64,000 bases of DNA from Octopus vulgaris (GCA_951406725.2 OX597832.1:17670001-17734000), one strand, 5' to 3'. Numbered from the stretch's first letter, positions 26,776-40,545 are shown. Notes: generated from the letters alone by a model not told the origin. Program-made: numbers and translations.

Positions 26776-27887
26776 AATATATATGCGTATGTCTGTGTGT
26801 ATCTGTGTGTGTATGTGTGTGTATGTATTTATACATGTATATATATTCATTTCCAAGTACTCTCCCAATACACACACACATTACTGCATATATGATTTGT
26901 ACATATACTTGTATGTAAATGGAGATATAATGAAGAATTTAACCACGCGAAAGAAAGGAACCAATACCTTAACAAGATACAAAAACAACTTCGAAAGCAG
27001 CAAAAACAACAACAACCACACAATAACAACAAATACAACAATCCTGCAAAAGAGTAAAAAGAAAATGAATAAAGTAAAAAGAATATTTTAAGAAATAAAT
27101 ACAGGGAAATGAGAATAATAAGAATAAAAAACAAAAAATAAAAATTTATATTCAACAAAAGAAAAAAAAAATCATGGTGTTGAAATCTAAGATCGGTTTA
27201 CTAGTGAGGATCTCACAATAGGGGTTGGGTGTGCAGTAAGCCCCTAAATGAGAGTTAAATGTCCCTTCTCTTTAGTTTACATTGGTTCTCACACAAAAGG
27301 AGTAATTCAACGCTTATTGTTCGTGTCAGGAGTGCTGAATATGTAAGATGTCGGATTAGATTAACGTCTGATGGATCATCACATCAGATGATGATGAGGA
27401 AGATGGTGGTGGTGGTGTTGGTTGTGGTAGTGGTGGTGGTGGTGGTGGTGGTGGTGGTGGTGGTGGTGGTGGCGGAGGTGGTGGTGGTTGTGGTGGTAGT
27501 GGTGTTGATGGTGATGTGGACGGGAGCAGCGGGGTTGATCATCATGGTGATTATAGCCCATAATGCCGCTGATGATTATGATCGTTATGCTGATGATGAT
27601 GATGATAATGACGGTGATCGTCTGTTAATGTGATTTCACGGGAGACAGACAGACAGAGAAGGGAAAAGGATGGATAAACAAAATACAAAAGCTGATTGAG
27701 AAAGAAGGAGAAAGAAAGCAACAGAGAGACATGATTATAATAATGATTATGATGATGATCTGAGAATAGAGGAAAGTCATAAATATGGCGGATAGGGAAA
27801 TAGATTGAGAAGAGAGAAAATATTTGATGGATATTTAGCTATGAATATAATCGTCTTTTTAAGAATAAATGTTTTGAGGAAGTTTGT

Positions 27888-28109
27888 AGGAGCAGGCGTT
27901 GCTGGGTGGTAAGATGTCTGCTCCCAGCCTCATGATTCCGAGTTCAACTACACTGCGTAGAACCTTCGGCAAGTGTCTCTACTACAGACTCGGAGAATGA
28001 CCAAAGCCATGTGAGGAGAGTTGGTAGACGGAAACCGAAAACACCCCGTCGTATATATGTATATATGTATATATATACATATATATAATATATAAACATA
28101 TATACATAC

Positions 28110-28170
<61 letters not shown>

Positions 28171-28171
28171 T

Positions 28172-28225
<54 letters not shown>

Positions 28226-28385
28226 ATGTAAATATGTTTATACATATATATATATATTTGTGTGTGTGTCTTTGTGTATGTGTTTGTACTCACCACCACT
28301 GGAAAACCGGTGTTGGTGTGTTTACGTCCCCGAAACTTAGCTTTTTGTCATAACAGACCGATAGAATAAGTATCAGCCTTTACAA
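27888..28385 (+). mobile_element. tRNA-derived SINE family S2 with internal (TA)n
   Basis: GCAGGCGTTGCTGGGTGGTAAG head, ACCTTCGGCAAGTGTC core, GGTAGACGGAAAC. Confidence 0.8.
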
Positions 28386-28500
28386 AAGAAAGAAATTTTT
28401 AAAGAGAGAAAGCCTTTATGAAAGAAGTGTGCATGTATATGTGTGTGTCTATATATGTGTGTTGATGTACGTAATTATATACATATATATATATATTTTT

Positions 28501-28886
28501 TTCTTTACTTGTTTCAGTCATTTGACTGCGGCCATGCTGGAGCACCGCCTTTAATCGAGCAACTCGACCCCGGGACTTATTCTTTGTAAGCCCAGTACTT
28601 ATTCTATCGGTCTCTTTTGCCGAAATGCTAAGTGACGGGGACGTAAACACACCAGCATCGGTTGTCAAGCAATGCTAGGGGGACAAACACAGACACACAA
28701 ACACACATATAAATATACATATATACGACAGGCTTCTTTCAGTTTCCGTCTACCAAATCCACTCACAAGGCTTTGGTCGGCCCGAGGGTATAGTAGAAGA
28801 CACTTGCCCAAGGTGCCACGCAGTGGGATTGAACCCGGAACAATGTGGTTGGTAAACAAGCTACTTACCACACAGCCACTCTTGCG

Positions 28887-28889
<3 letters not shown>
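28501..28889 (-). mobile_element. full-length SINE family S2
   Basis: head GGCGCAAGAGTGGCTGTGTGGTAAG, B-box GGTTCAATCCC, ACCTTGGGCAAGT core, tail GACTGAAACAAGTAAAG. Confidence 0.88.
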
Positions 28890-28949
<60 letters not shown>

Positions 28950-29004
28950 GAAATATTAAAATTACTAAGTCTCTCTAAAAGAGAATAGCGGTAGCGTTCC
29001 CGGA

Positions 29005-29325
29005 AAATAATAGTTATCGCCATACTAATATGGCATTCTTATAAAAATAAGAATAAAGCTGTCCGCTTATTAGCTCCATGAGGCCATCGCCTTAAGTTAG
29101 CTATTTGATACACAAACTGTATCCATATAAAAAGAAAATACCACGAAACGCGTCTGTAGCTGCCGGTCAAGTAGTGTGGAGCGACTGACCTCCCTTGTTC
29201 GAAGGTTATATGGATACAGTTTGTGTATCAAATAGCTAACTTAAGGCGATGGTCTCATGGAGCTAATAAGCGGACAGCTTCATTCTTATTTTTATAAGAA
29301 TGCCATATTAGTATGGCGATAACTA

Positions 29326-29331
<6 letters not shown>
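29005..29331. repeat. 126-bp inverted repeat with 75-bp spacer (family F, Penelope-like end structure)
   Basis: arms 29005-29130 and 29206-29331 with 2 differences seen; spacer holds GAAACGCGTC. Confidence 0.9.
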
Positions 29332-29358
<27 letters not shown>

Positions 29359-29651
29359 AGTATGCACCGGGATATAAAGAATACTCGTGTTGTTGTACGA
29401 AGTCGTAGAAAGCCTACTGGAGACGAGTCTCTCCAAGGATATACAGCTCGCTCATTTACTGATCCGAATAACTCACACTTTGCTTGTGTCTGGGCATTTT
29501 GGTATTGATAATGAGAGTCACCATGGTGTTGTGCAAGCCCCACTCGATTTAATATAGCAGCGCGAAAATTCCTGACACTTAACACTTGAACCTGACAACG
29601 ATGGTGATGCTCGTCGGACGAGTAGAGAACTATCATCTATATTCCTATGAA

Positions 29652-30030
29652 TGGAGGCGCAATGGCCCAGTGGTTAGGGCAGCGGATCATAGGATCGCGG
29701 TTTCGATTCCCAGACCGGGCGTTGTAAGTGTTTATTGAGCGAAAACACCTAAAGCTCCACGAGGCTCTGGCAGGAGATGGTGGTGATCCCTGCTGTACTC
29801 TTTCACCACAACTTTCTCTCACTCTTACTTCCTGTTTCTGTTGTACCTGTATTTCAAAGGGCCGGCCTTGTCACTCTCTGTGTCATGCTGAATATCCCCG
29901 AGAACTACGTTAAGGGTACACGTGTCTGTGGAGCGCTCAGCCACTTACACGTTAATTTCACTAGCAGGCTGTTCCGTTGATTCGGATCGACCGGAACCCT
30001 CGTCGTCGTAACCGACGGAGTGCTTCCACC
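29652..30030 (+). mobile_element. full-length tRNA-derived SINE family S3 with target-site duplication
   Basis: A-box TGGCCCAGTGG, B-box GTTTCGATTCC; ATTCCTATGAATGGA at 29641 and 30031. Confidence 0.92.
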
Positions 30031-30304
30031 ATTCCTATGAATGGATGTATGCTTAATCATATGTGAGTTGGCGAGGCAGAAATATTACCATTTATGTGTT
30101 TTTCCACTTAATGTCTTAATACAACATTTGCTTCGAGTTCAGCTCTTAATTTTGCAGTATATGGTAACCATAGTTGGGAGCAGTAGTCTAAATTGTTGAA
30201 GACAAATATCCTCCAAAGACCAACATAGATTCTACTTCTCTCGTTCTGAATTTTCTAAGGTTCAATCCGGCTAGACGCCTGAATTTCATTGCTAATTCAG
30301 TAGT

Positions 30305-30692
30305 GGATGGATGGAAGCACTCCGTCGGTTACGACGACGAGGGTTCCGGTTGATCCGATCAACGGAACAGCCTGCTCGTGAAATTAACGTGTGGCTGAGC
30401 ACTCCACAGACACGTGTACCCTTAACGTAGTTCTCGGGGATATTCAGCGTGACACAGAGAGTGACAAGGTCGGCCTTTTGAAATACAGGTACAACAGAAA
30501 AAGGAAGTAAGAGTGAGAGAAAGTTGTGGTGAAAGAGTACAGCAGGGATCACCACCACCCCATGACGGAGCCTCGTGGAGCTTTAGGTGTTTTCGCTCAA
30601 TAAACACTCACAACACCCGGTCTGGGAATCGAAACCGCGATCCTACGACCGCGAGTCCGCTGCCCTAACCACTGGGCCATTGCGCCTCCACT
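30305..30692 (-). mobile_element. full-length SINE family S3 with target-site duplication
   Basis: near-identical inverted copy of 29652-30030; TAATTCAGTAGT at 30293 and 30693. Confidence 0.92.
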
Positions 30693-30947
30693 TAATTCAG
30701 TAGTATAGACCGGGAAAAATGAATCCTCTCTGCCTTTCATTCAGCTTCATGTACTGATGGCGCAGGGCTTGGAAATTTCCAGCATTTAACTGCATGTTAT
30801 TGTCCTCAACTTACCTATATACTGCATCCAGCACTTATTGCAAATGCGCAACATCTACAGGGTTCCGTATCCTCAGATAATTTTTCTGTTTCGTCTCCTT
30901 AGCTACGAAAGTTCGTTATCTGAGCTGCTGAAGGTATATACATATAT

Positions 30948-31178
30948 ATTTCTTTACTACCCACAACGGGCTAAACATAGAGGGGACAAACAAGGACAGA
31001 CTCAGGGATTAAGTCGATTACATCGACCCCAGTGCGTAACTGGTACTTAATTTATCGACCCCGAAAAGATGAAAGGCAAAGTCGACCTCGGCGGAATTTG
31101 AACTCGGAACGTAACGGCAGACGAAATACTGCTACGAATTTTGCCCGGCGTGCTAACGTTTCTACCAGCTAGCCGCCT
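30948..31178 (-). mobile_element. SINE family S1
   Basis: intact head, B-box and core. Confidence 0.88.
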
Positions 31179-31642
31179 ATATATACATGTTTGTGTGTGA
31201 GTATGCGCGTTGGTTTTGTGGTGCGAGTGTACGTGTGTGTACCTAGAGAAAGAAACAACGAGAAAGAGAGAGTGAACGTGTATGTGCATGTGCTTGTGTG
31301 TGTGTGTGTGTGTTTGTGTGTGCTTGAGTTCAGGTAAGATTACGTTGATTTGTAAATTTGACAAGTTTTGTATCTAAACATGGACGAAGTTACTAAATTC
31401 TTATGAAGTAAACAACAATATGAGCGCTTGTGTATGAGTGTATGAGTGTGTGTATGTACAGGCAGACACACACACACAAACACACAAGCACACATATATA
31501 TTTGCCCAAAATTAATGATCAACACTGTCACTGAGATATTCTCTCACGAATTTACTAAATTGCTATGGTAGTAAACAACAATATAAGCCCATATTTATGA
31601 ATGTATGTGTGTGTCTATGTACAGGCACACACACACACAAGC

Positions 31643-31674
<32 letters not shown>

Positions 31675-32315
31675 TCACACGCAAGCACACACATATTTAC
31701 ACGAAGGTAATGGTCAACAACGTCACTGCGATTTTCTAGATTTTCTTGTGTTTATTCGAGTGACTCCGGGAATAAAGGAGAAAAAAGTAAACAAGAAAAC
31801 ATAATGGAATCGTAGAGGAAATTACGTATGTTAGTCACAGGAAATATGGCACAAATCATTCTAAGAACATAGTATTCGGCGTTGCTACAAAGTTGTTAAA
31901 ACAATGTCTCTATTTCTTTCTTTTTATGAAAGATATCTTTTTATTTATTTTAATCCTGTTTTTGTATTCTTGAGTGTTCTGAAAGAGAGATTAATCTAAG
32001 AACATTACCATCTTGATTTGTTTATCCTATGTAATACCTATGTAATATCTGTGGCCAATTTGTGTCTCCATCAATCTGATTCACTTTGAAGTGGTTCGTC
32101 TTTGTTCTTAATCTATTGTGTGAACATCGAAGACCTTTTTGTACACACCACTAACTGATATATAATTTTGTATTAGTGAAAGAGAGAATTGTATAATATA
32201 ATGTAATTGTAATATCGTAATAGTGAATGAAATATCTATCTATCTATCTAACAATCTATCCATGTATGTATGTATTTTTCTGTCTGTCTATCTATTTTTC
32301 TATCTATCTACTTAC

Positions 32316-32403
<88 letters not shown>

Positions 32404-32470
32404 ATGTCTATCTGTATATCTACTTAAATATCTATCTACATGTTTATGCACACATATATATATATATATA

Positions 32471-33349
32471 CAGGGTGGGTGAAAAGTATGTTGACATTAA
32501 AAATTTGTAAGAAAATCTATATTCCTCTTACAAATTTATTGAAAAAAAGATGCATGTTCTTTATTACATGGGAAAATGAAACTAAATCTTCATAGTTCAA
32601 CGTAAGCACTGATGGCGTCAACTAGTTTCCTCAAACGGGCAGGGATGGAATCAATACCCTTCTGCAATCGTCGTCAGAGATATCATTGAGAATTTCCTGA
32701 ATCTGTGTCTCTATGTTCTCTAGTGTGCGAGGTTTTGTCTTGTACACCCCTTCTTTTGTGTAACCACACATATAACATTCACATGGAGTGAGATCTGGAT
32801 TTATTGGAGGCCATTTATCAGGCCCACGTCGTCCCATCCGGTTTTAGCTCCTGCACGTATTGGTGTTTCCACGGACGAAAATTCAGTTCTTTATGCAACA
32901 CCGTACGTAACGTGTGTCTTGTTAGCCCACTTTCACGAGCTGCTTGGGGTGTTGATTATTGCGGGCCGCGATTAAACATTTCCTGCACTGTGCCACCTTC
33001 TCCGCTGATTGGGACGTGGTTGGGCGGCCGCTTCCTTTTGCATCGTTCACAGATCCTGTGGTCATCAGCTTTGCACGACAGCTTTTTCTATTGTCTCCGG
33101 ACGAAGTGTTGCATGTTTCTCCTTGTATGCACGCCACCGTCTCTGAATCGAAACAATGGAATTCCACATTTCATAGGCTGCTGCTATCATAGCTCGCTGC
33201 TGAACTGTCAAGCGATCGGCCATCGGGAAAATACGAAGTAAGAAATTTCATTAGTGCTTTCTGTTTGAAAAATATTTTCATCATGACTTCAGTGACACTA
33301 GAAATTCTGTAAACAATTTCTAATGCCTAGTTACTTTCCAACCATTATG
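32471..33349 (-). mobile_element. decayed Tc1/mariner-superfamily element (Tc1/maT-like)
   Basis: TA+CAGGGTG terminus; minus-strand TGSVNDAKGSGRP and WPPINPDLTPCECYMCGYTKEGVY. Confidence 0.85.
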
Positions 33350-33350
33350 C

Positions 33351-33411
<61 letters not shown>

Positions 33412-33415
<4 letters not shown>

Positions 33416-33643
33416 TCTTTATTACCCACAAGGGGCTAAACACAGAGGGGACAAACAAGGACAGACAAACGGATCAAGTCGATTATATCGACCCCAGTTC
33501 GAAACTGGTACTTAATTTATCGACCCCGAAAGGATGAAAAGCGAAGTCAACCTCGGCGGAATTTGAACTCAGAACGTAACGACAGACGAAATACTGCTAG
33601 GCATTTTGCCCGGCGTGCTATCGATTCTGCCAGCTCGCTGCCT
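33412..33643 (-). mobile_element. SINE family S1
   Basis: intact head and core. Confidence 0.88.
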
Positions 33644-33765
<122 letters not shown>

Positions 33766-33834
33766 CAGTCGCCATGATCGACCGCTAGCCACTAAAGCTT
33801 TTTTTATTCTCACTTTGTTTATTTTCACGTGTTC

Positions 33835-33870
33835 TTTTCTGTTGAAGAGCGAAGGCTCGATACGTAAAAG
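33835..33870 (+). ncRNA. degenerate minimal hammerhead (family C element, about 33765-33960)
   Basis: TTTT CTGTTGA A GAGC GAAG GCTC GATA CGTA AAAG; homologous to 59186-59380. Confidence 0.55.
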
Positions 33871-33988
33871 ACTTTCTCACCACGAGCGTTAAACTAATAC
33901 ACCTGTTTGCTGTTTATATACCAGTCTCCGTCTTCTGTTTTTTAGTAATTCCAACTATACATACATACATACATACATACCTACATAC

Positions 33989-34059
<71 letters not shown>

Positions 34060-35176
34060 AATTTATGTATAAATATACAAATATATATATATATACATAC
34101 GCACATATACACACATACATAAACAGAAACTCAAACATATATTGATACTCCCATAAAATCAAAGCTTTTGAAATGACTCATGATGTCACTTGTGTGAACA
34201 GCCACCAAACAGCTAGGAATACGAAATCACCGTTTTTACACATTTATCTTTCTAGGAGAATGAAATTTGTGATGTTACACCCGCGATATTTTTGCATGCA
34301 ATTATGTACACTTCTACTTCTTTTTGGAGAATTGCATGGGATGTCTACAAAATAGGATCGGTCCAGTGCAAAAGAGTATAGTTTCAGATCCGGTTTGGAA
34401 AACCACATACGTTTTACTTGAAAGGAACAATCAATTTATGGCAATGTTCGAAATCGAGGTCATTCTCACTTTTACGAAACCAGAACTACAAAACACGTAC
34501 GCTTTGCTAAGCTTGTCCTAACCATTCATTGCTTTTCTTTCTCTGGAAAATTTTATAAGAAATTCGGAGGTGTCGCAATGTGAATTAGAAAGAGTCCACC
34601 TATGCCAACTTCTTTGTAGGCCACATGAAAGAGCAAGTCTTTGATTAAATCACAGGGCCCTTTCAACTAAAAACGTATTGCTACTCCAGCCTTCCTCCAC
34701 TACTATTTTCACCCCAAATACACTAAATCCACCATGACATTCTGTCACTTACCTCGCTTGCATCGGTTCTGAATCAATGATTCGAATTACGAATGTCAAT
34801 GGCAAACAATACGCCAATTCTTATATCATTTGGGGGTAAGGCACCGTTCTTTGGCCGAGCAAACGCGCTCTTAACGTCTTTTGACGCGTCTACAAAATGT
34901 CTTCCCCTGTTTCAAACTTTCTACCCGTCCGTCCTCCCGTTCAGGAAGCATATTAATATATATGCGAGGCTAACGTCAGAAAAATTCTTTCTAATATTTT
35001 TTGCTACCCTAAGATTTATTAATTAATGATAAAATGTTTTTTGGCTAATTTTGAAAGAAAATCGGCACTTGTATTTGCTGCCGAAAAACCGCGCGTGCGC
35101 GGTAGATTTTGTAAGGTTATAACATATTTACACGAAGCATGTTCTTTATCGCCTCGTATTGACATGTTAGGCTTGG

Positions 35177-35257
35177 TTTCCTACTGAAGAGAGCTTTGCC
35201 AATTGTAAATTATTTTATTTACAAAAGAGTGCTTGAAACTATGCATAGTCCAGGAAA
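35177..35257 (+). ncRNA. type I hammerhead with extended stem II (family E)
   Basis: TTTCCT(A) CTGAAGA GAGC...TTGTAAAT-loop-ATTTACAA...GCTT GAAA CTATGCATAG TC (C)AGGAAA; GUC site. Confidence 0.75.
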
Positions 35258-35471
35258 AATAGGTTGAATGTTTTTAGTTTTCATTCCCTTTCAGAATTAC
35301 AACTATCAGTAATTTGTAGTTTAACTACTCTTTCTAGCGAGTCAGATGTCCTGTTATGGACATCTCGTATGTGTTTAAATGTACACTGTATTTTTATATG
35401 GATAATTGACTAATTTTTCTTCTCGCTAGACCGCAGGTAGCAAGGAATTTTTCTAATTTTTTATGCTACCC

Positions 35472-35693
35472 TAAGCTGGCAGACACATTAGGCGCGCCGT
35501 GCGAAATGATTAGTGGTATTTCGTCTGTCGTTACGTTCTGAGTTCGAATTCCGCCGGGCCCGACTTTGCCTTTCATCCTTTCGAGGTCGATAAATAAAGT
35601 ACGATTTTCGCACTGGGGTCGATGTTGTCGACTTAATCCCTTTGTCTGTCATTGTTTGTCCCCTCTATGTTTAGCCCCTTGTGGACAATAAAG

Positions 35694-35697
<4 letters not shown>
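35472..35697 (+). mobile_element. SINE family S1
   Basis: AGCTGGCAGACACATTAG head, GTTCGAATTCC B-box, core. Confidence 0.85.
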
Positions 35698-35745
<48 letters not shown>

Positions 35746-36119
35746 CCAATCTGAAAGAAGCGGCCCGGGATAGGACTCTACTGGAGGACACTGATCCAAC
35801 GAGTGACCGAGAGTCGACTTCGACTGAGCGGATGGAGAGAGATATATATGGATATACTCATACATGCGTATGCCGACATGACGTATTCCAACATACTATC
35901 AATACATATAGCAAATATATTAACGGGTATGCAATAACAAGACTTTAATAACCAAAATGCTCATATGTTATATCACAATCGTATGCAAGCGCGCATACTG
36001 GTGTATACTTACCTAAGTACATGCGTACATAGAGAAGAATACATATACTCGCATATGCATACGTGAACGCGTTTGCTCAATGTAATAGAGAGCATCAACG
36101 TTAAGTCAACTTGGATAAG

Positions 36120-36239
36120 AGGGGAAGAAGGAGAGAAAAAGTAGCAGGAGGAGGAGGGGGAGAATAAGAAGGAGAAGAAAAGGAAGACGAAGAGGAGGAG
36201 GAGCAATAAGAAGGGAAATAGGAAGATGAGGAGGAAGTG

Positions 36240-36285
<46 letters not shown>

Positions 36286-36328
36286 AAGAAGAAAAAGGAA
36301 AGCGATAACGATGAAGGTGATGATGACA

Positions 36329-36362
<34 letters not shown>

Positions 36363-36800
36363 CGTAGTAGGAAGAGGAGGAGAAGTAGAAAAGGAAGGAG
36401 GAGGAGGAGATGAAGCAACTGATTACCTTGATGGTGAAGATGGCGATTATGATGATGATGATGATGATGATGGTGGTGATGGTGGTGGTAATGGTGGTGG
36501 TGGTGATAATGATGACGATGATGACCACGACGACGATCAGGATGTTGATGGAGGATGAGGATGAGGATGAGGAGGAGGTGGAAGAGGATCTCAAGGAGGT
36601 GAAGAAGAAGAAGAAGACGAAGAAGAAGAAGATGAGGAAGAAGAAGAAGAAGAAGAAGAAGAAGAAGAAGCAGAAGAAGCAGAAGAAGAAGAAGAAGAAG
36701 AAGAAGAAGAAGAAGAAGAAGAAGAAGAAGAAGAAGAAGAAGAAGAAGACAAAGAAGAAGAAGAAGAAATAATATAATATCGACAACAGCAACAACAACT
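36120..36800. repeat. purine-rich compound microsatellite (GAG, TAG, GAT, AAG)
   Basis: read directly. Confidence 0.9.
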
Positions 36801-37104
36801 TCGACACCAAGAGCAACAACAAAAACATGAGGAACAGAAATAATCAACAAGACGAAATGCATTGTGGTAATGAATAGGTTTCGCGCGATCTCATATTTCT
36901 GAGTTTAGAATTTCGTGCAAAGTGGTCGGATCGTGAAGCGTCATCTGTGTCTGTGGAAACGGATGCAACATAGAATTTCAACAGCAACAAAAGAACCGAA
37001 AGCCTATTGAAGACCAAAGTCATTAAAGATGAATTAGCTACTCATGTTGCACACAAATTTAGCTGGCTGCACCCTCCCATCGTTGCATAGTGCATATTTG
37101 TATA

Positions 37105-37147
<43 letters not shown>

Positions 37148-38260
37148 GCATATATTCATATATGTATATATCTATATATATGTATGTATATTTGCGAGTG
37201 CATATCTATTCATATATGTATGCGTGTTTATGCATATATATCTATATATATATATATATATGTGTATATATATATATATGTTTACATAGATACATATACA
37301 TACATGTATATGACTATATGTAAACATATATAAATACATATTGTACTATATATATATACGTATATATGTATATCTATATACACGCAAACACACACACTCA
37401 CAGACACACACATATATATTTATATACGTACACACATTCGTTCGAGCATAGATACACACACACACGTGTACATGCAACAAAAATAATTCAGTGTATTTTA
37501 CATTTATTTTGCTCTTAATCCATTCTTCAATGTCTCTCTTTCTCTCTCTTCTTCTTCTTCTTCTTCTTCTTCTTCTTCTTCTTCTTCTTCTTCTTCTTCT
37601 TCTTCTTCTTCTTCTTCTTCTTCTTCTTCTTCTTCTTCTCTCTATTTCTGTTTAACCAAATTTTGCCCACCTCTCACCTCTTTAAAAACTAATATTTACC
37701 CTTTTAAAGTAAACACAAAATAATAACAATAACAACAACAACAGCAACAACGTCAACAACGACAACAAAACACAACAACTACAACAACAACAACAAGAAC
37801 AATAATAACAGTTCGTTGCCGCTAAAATTCAACGGAGGGAACTTCATCAAAAAAAAAAAAGTCACAAGGAGAAGAATATGAACTGCATCGGCGGTAACAA
37901 CCGCAGTAACATAAGACGATAGGGGTACACCGTTGCACCGTTGCAAGTCTCCACCTTCACTACCGTCGCAGGAAGACACCCTCGGATTTTACTATGGAAA
38001 CCTCGATATTCTTGTTTCCTTTTTGTGTAAAACATTTCAATTTTATTTCTTTCGTGTCAAATTTATCAGTTTTACTCTCTCTCTCTCTATCTCTCTTTCC
38101 CCACCTCCGTCTCTTCTCTTTCTTTCAGTCTATCTTTCTTACTCTCTGTTTCTCCGTCTCTCTCTGTCTCTCATTGTATACTCGCATACTCACTCACAAA
38201 CAGTCACACGCGCCTCTCTCAAGACTCATGCACCCTCAAACACGTTCACATACACCCATA

Positions 38261-38488
38261 CAGTAATCCCTCGCCATATCGCGGTTCACCTATCGCGGTT
38301 TATTCTTTAAGCTCACGTCGATTCCTCTGTGGTACTGTGTTGCATTTACAATGAAATAAATATATACAAATTATGAAAAAAAAAAATATATATATATATA
38401 TACAGTACTGTAATTTTTCTTCTTCGCGGATTTCCACCTATCGTGGTGCTTTTGGAACGTAGCACCCACGATAGTCGAGCTATTATTG
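38261..38488. mobile_element. pogo/Tigger-type MITE, copy 1
   Basis: TA+CAGTAATCCCTCGCCATATCGCGG start and degenerate inverted end CCACGATAGTCGAGCTATTATTG+TA. Confidence 0.7.
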
Positions 38489-38607
38489 TAATCCCTCGCC
38501 ATATCGCGGTTCACGCATCGTGGTTCATCTATAGCGGCTTATTATTTAAGCTTACGTCCATTCCTCTGTGGTTTTGCTTTGCACTAATAATAATATAAAT
38601 ATATACA

Positions 38608-38687
<80 letters not shown>

Positions 38688-39364
38688 TAATAAATGCCCT
38701 GATGCAGTACCAGGCAGTGGATCTCATGGCTTCTGATCTTCACTGATTGGAAGTGTTATCATGTACATTGTTTTGTCTTGGTATAAAAGATGGGCTACAG
38801 CAAATATTCTGTTCAATACCACAGATTTGCTTGTCAGTTGTTTGACCTTAACCAGTTGAGCATGTCCCTTAGTGGCTGACAATACGTGCATCTCTGATCA
38901 CGAGCAGAAGTAGTGGGGGAGCACCATAGCCATGTGTTGACAGGGATTCTTCAGATTTTGAATAATTCACCTCTGGAAACATAGGTGTTTCGTTCAACAT
39001 CCTAAAGCAACCCTTATTCAGGGACCTTTTGAGTAGGATGGGCTACTCGACCAGAAGAAAATTCTAACTGGGCCCCACCTGCAAGGTCATGTGCTGTTTA
39101 TCTTGATATGAGATCACCATGTCGCGCACATATGGTTGCGATGCATGTGCCTGGAGTACCCTTATGAGACGGGTAGTCATGATGGGTATATTGGGCTTCG
39201 TATATTTTACCCCAGTGCCACTTTGATGGCATGCACTGCTCTCTCACTCAATAATAATAATAATAATAATAATAAAATACAGTAGAGTACTGTTTCTACT
39301 TCTCGGATTTTCACCTATCACGAGGTGTTTGGAATGTAACACCCGCGATGAACGAGGGTGTTAC
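38488..39364. mobile_element. pogo/Tigger-type MITE, tandem copy 2, interrupted by (TAA)n and a 556-bp insertion
   Basis: repeats copy 1 at 38488-38610 and resumes at 39275-39364. Confidence 0.7.
38694..39249 (+). mobile_element. non-coding element inserted in (TAA)n, probably Dong/R4-mobilised
   Basis: sharp boundaries with (TAA)n on both sides; 34 bp shared with 42421-42454; strand inferred from TAA polarity. Confidence 0.65.
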
Positions 39365-39524
39365 ATTTTTATTACTGTTTATCATTCGTTTTATCGTCTC
39401 TGTCTTCGTTACTTTTATTCTTAATTCACAGCATTCTATCTCTCTTACCATATATTCTTATCTCTCTCTCTCCGTTTTTCTGTATTATATAGATGCATCA
39501 TACATACATACATATATACATACA

Positions 39525-39697
39525 TATTAGTCGAATGAATTCGACCCCAAGACTTAATTTTTTTAACATAGGACTTATTCTATCGATCCCTTTTGCAGAA
39601 CCGCTAATTTTGTGGGTCTTAAACATACCAACACCGGTTGTCATGTGATAGCGGGAGACAAAGACGGAGCAAAATACACACACACATATATGCATAT

Positions 39698-39768
<71 letters not shown>

Positions 39769-39925
39769 CAACAATTGAGGGTAAAATTACTAAGCCCTAA
39801 TTATATAATATATATATATATATATATATGAAAGGCTTTCTCACAAGACTTTGGTCGTCCAGAGGTTATTGCAGAAGACACTTGTCGAAGGTTCCACGCA
39901 GTGGGCCTGAACCCTAAACGTTTCT
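39525..39925 (-). mobile_element. degenerate SINE family S2 with internal (TA)n
   Basis: matches 28501-28889 by eye. Confidence 0.7.
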
Positions 39926-40029
39926 CTTGTACTATTGCAACTTAAGAGTAGAAGTGGAAGCGAAGGCTTTCACACTATAAAAAAAATTGGAACAACAACA
40001 ACAACAACAACAACAATAATAATAATAAA

Positions 40030-40545
40030 ATCCACAAAATTACGGACCAATAACTTGTCTCCTTACAATTTACAAAGCCTTTACTGCAATAATATTGCAG
40101 AAATTGAGCAAGCATCTGGAAGAAAACAATCTGTTTTCAGAAGAGCAGAAGTGATGCTGCAAGGGCTCATACGGCTGTGAAGATCAACTAATGATGAATA
40201 AAAGCATAACTGAAAACAGCCGCAGAAAGAAGAAAGACCTAAGTATGGCCTGGATCGAATAGCGAAAGGATTTCGATAGAATTCCAGGTACATGGCTCCT
40301 AGAAATACTAGCCATGAACAATGTATTGCCAATATTCATAAAATAAATGAGACACTCTACGAATAAATGCCAGAAAGTTCTACAGCTCCAAAAAAGAAGA
40401 GACTCATAAAAACCAGAGCTAACCCCATTAGAAGAGGTGTATAACAATGAGACGTTCTCTCCACCCCTTTTCTGCTTGGCACTGACACCTTTATCTGACG
40501 TGTTAAACAGAACTGGATGCGGATACAACAATCAACCACCATTCC
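40030..40545 (+). pseudogene. decayed R4/Dong-like reverse transcriptase fragment
   Basis: EEQK*CCKGSYGCEDQL, LSMAWIE*RKDFDRIP, IRRGV...PLFCLALTPLS. Confidence 0.8.
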
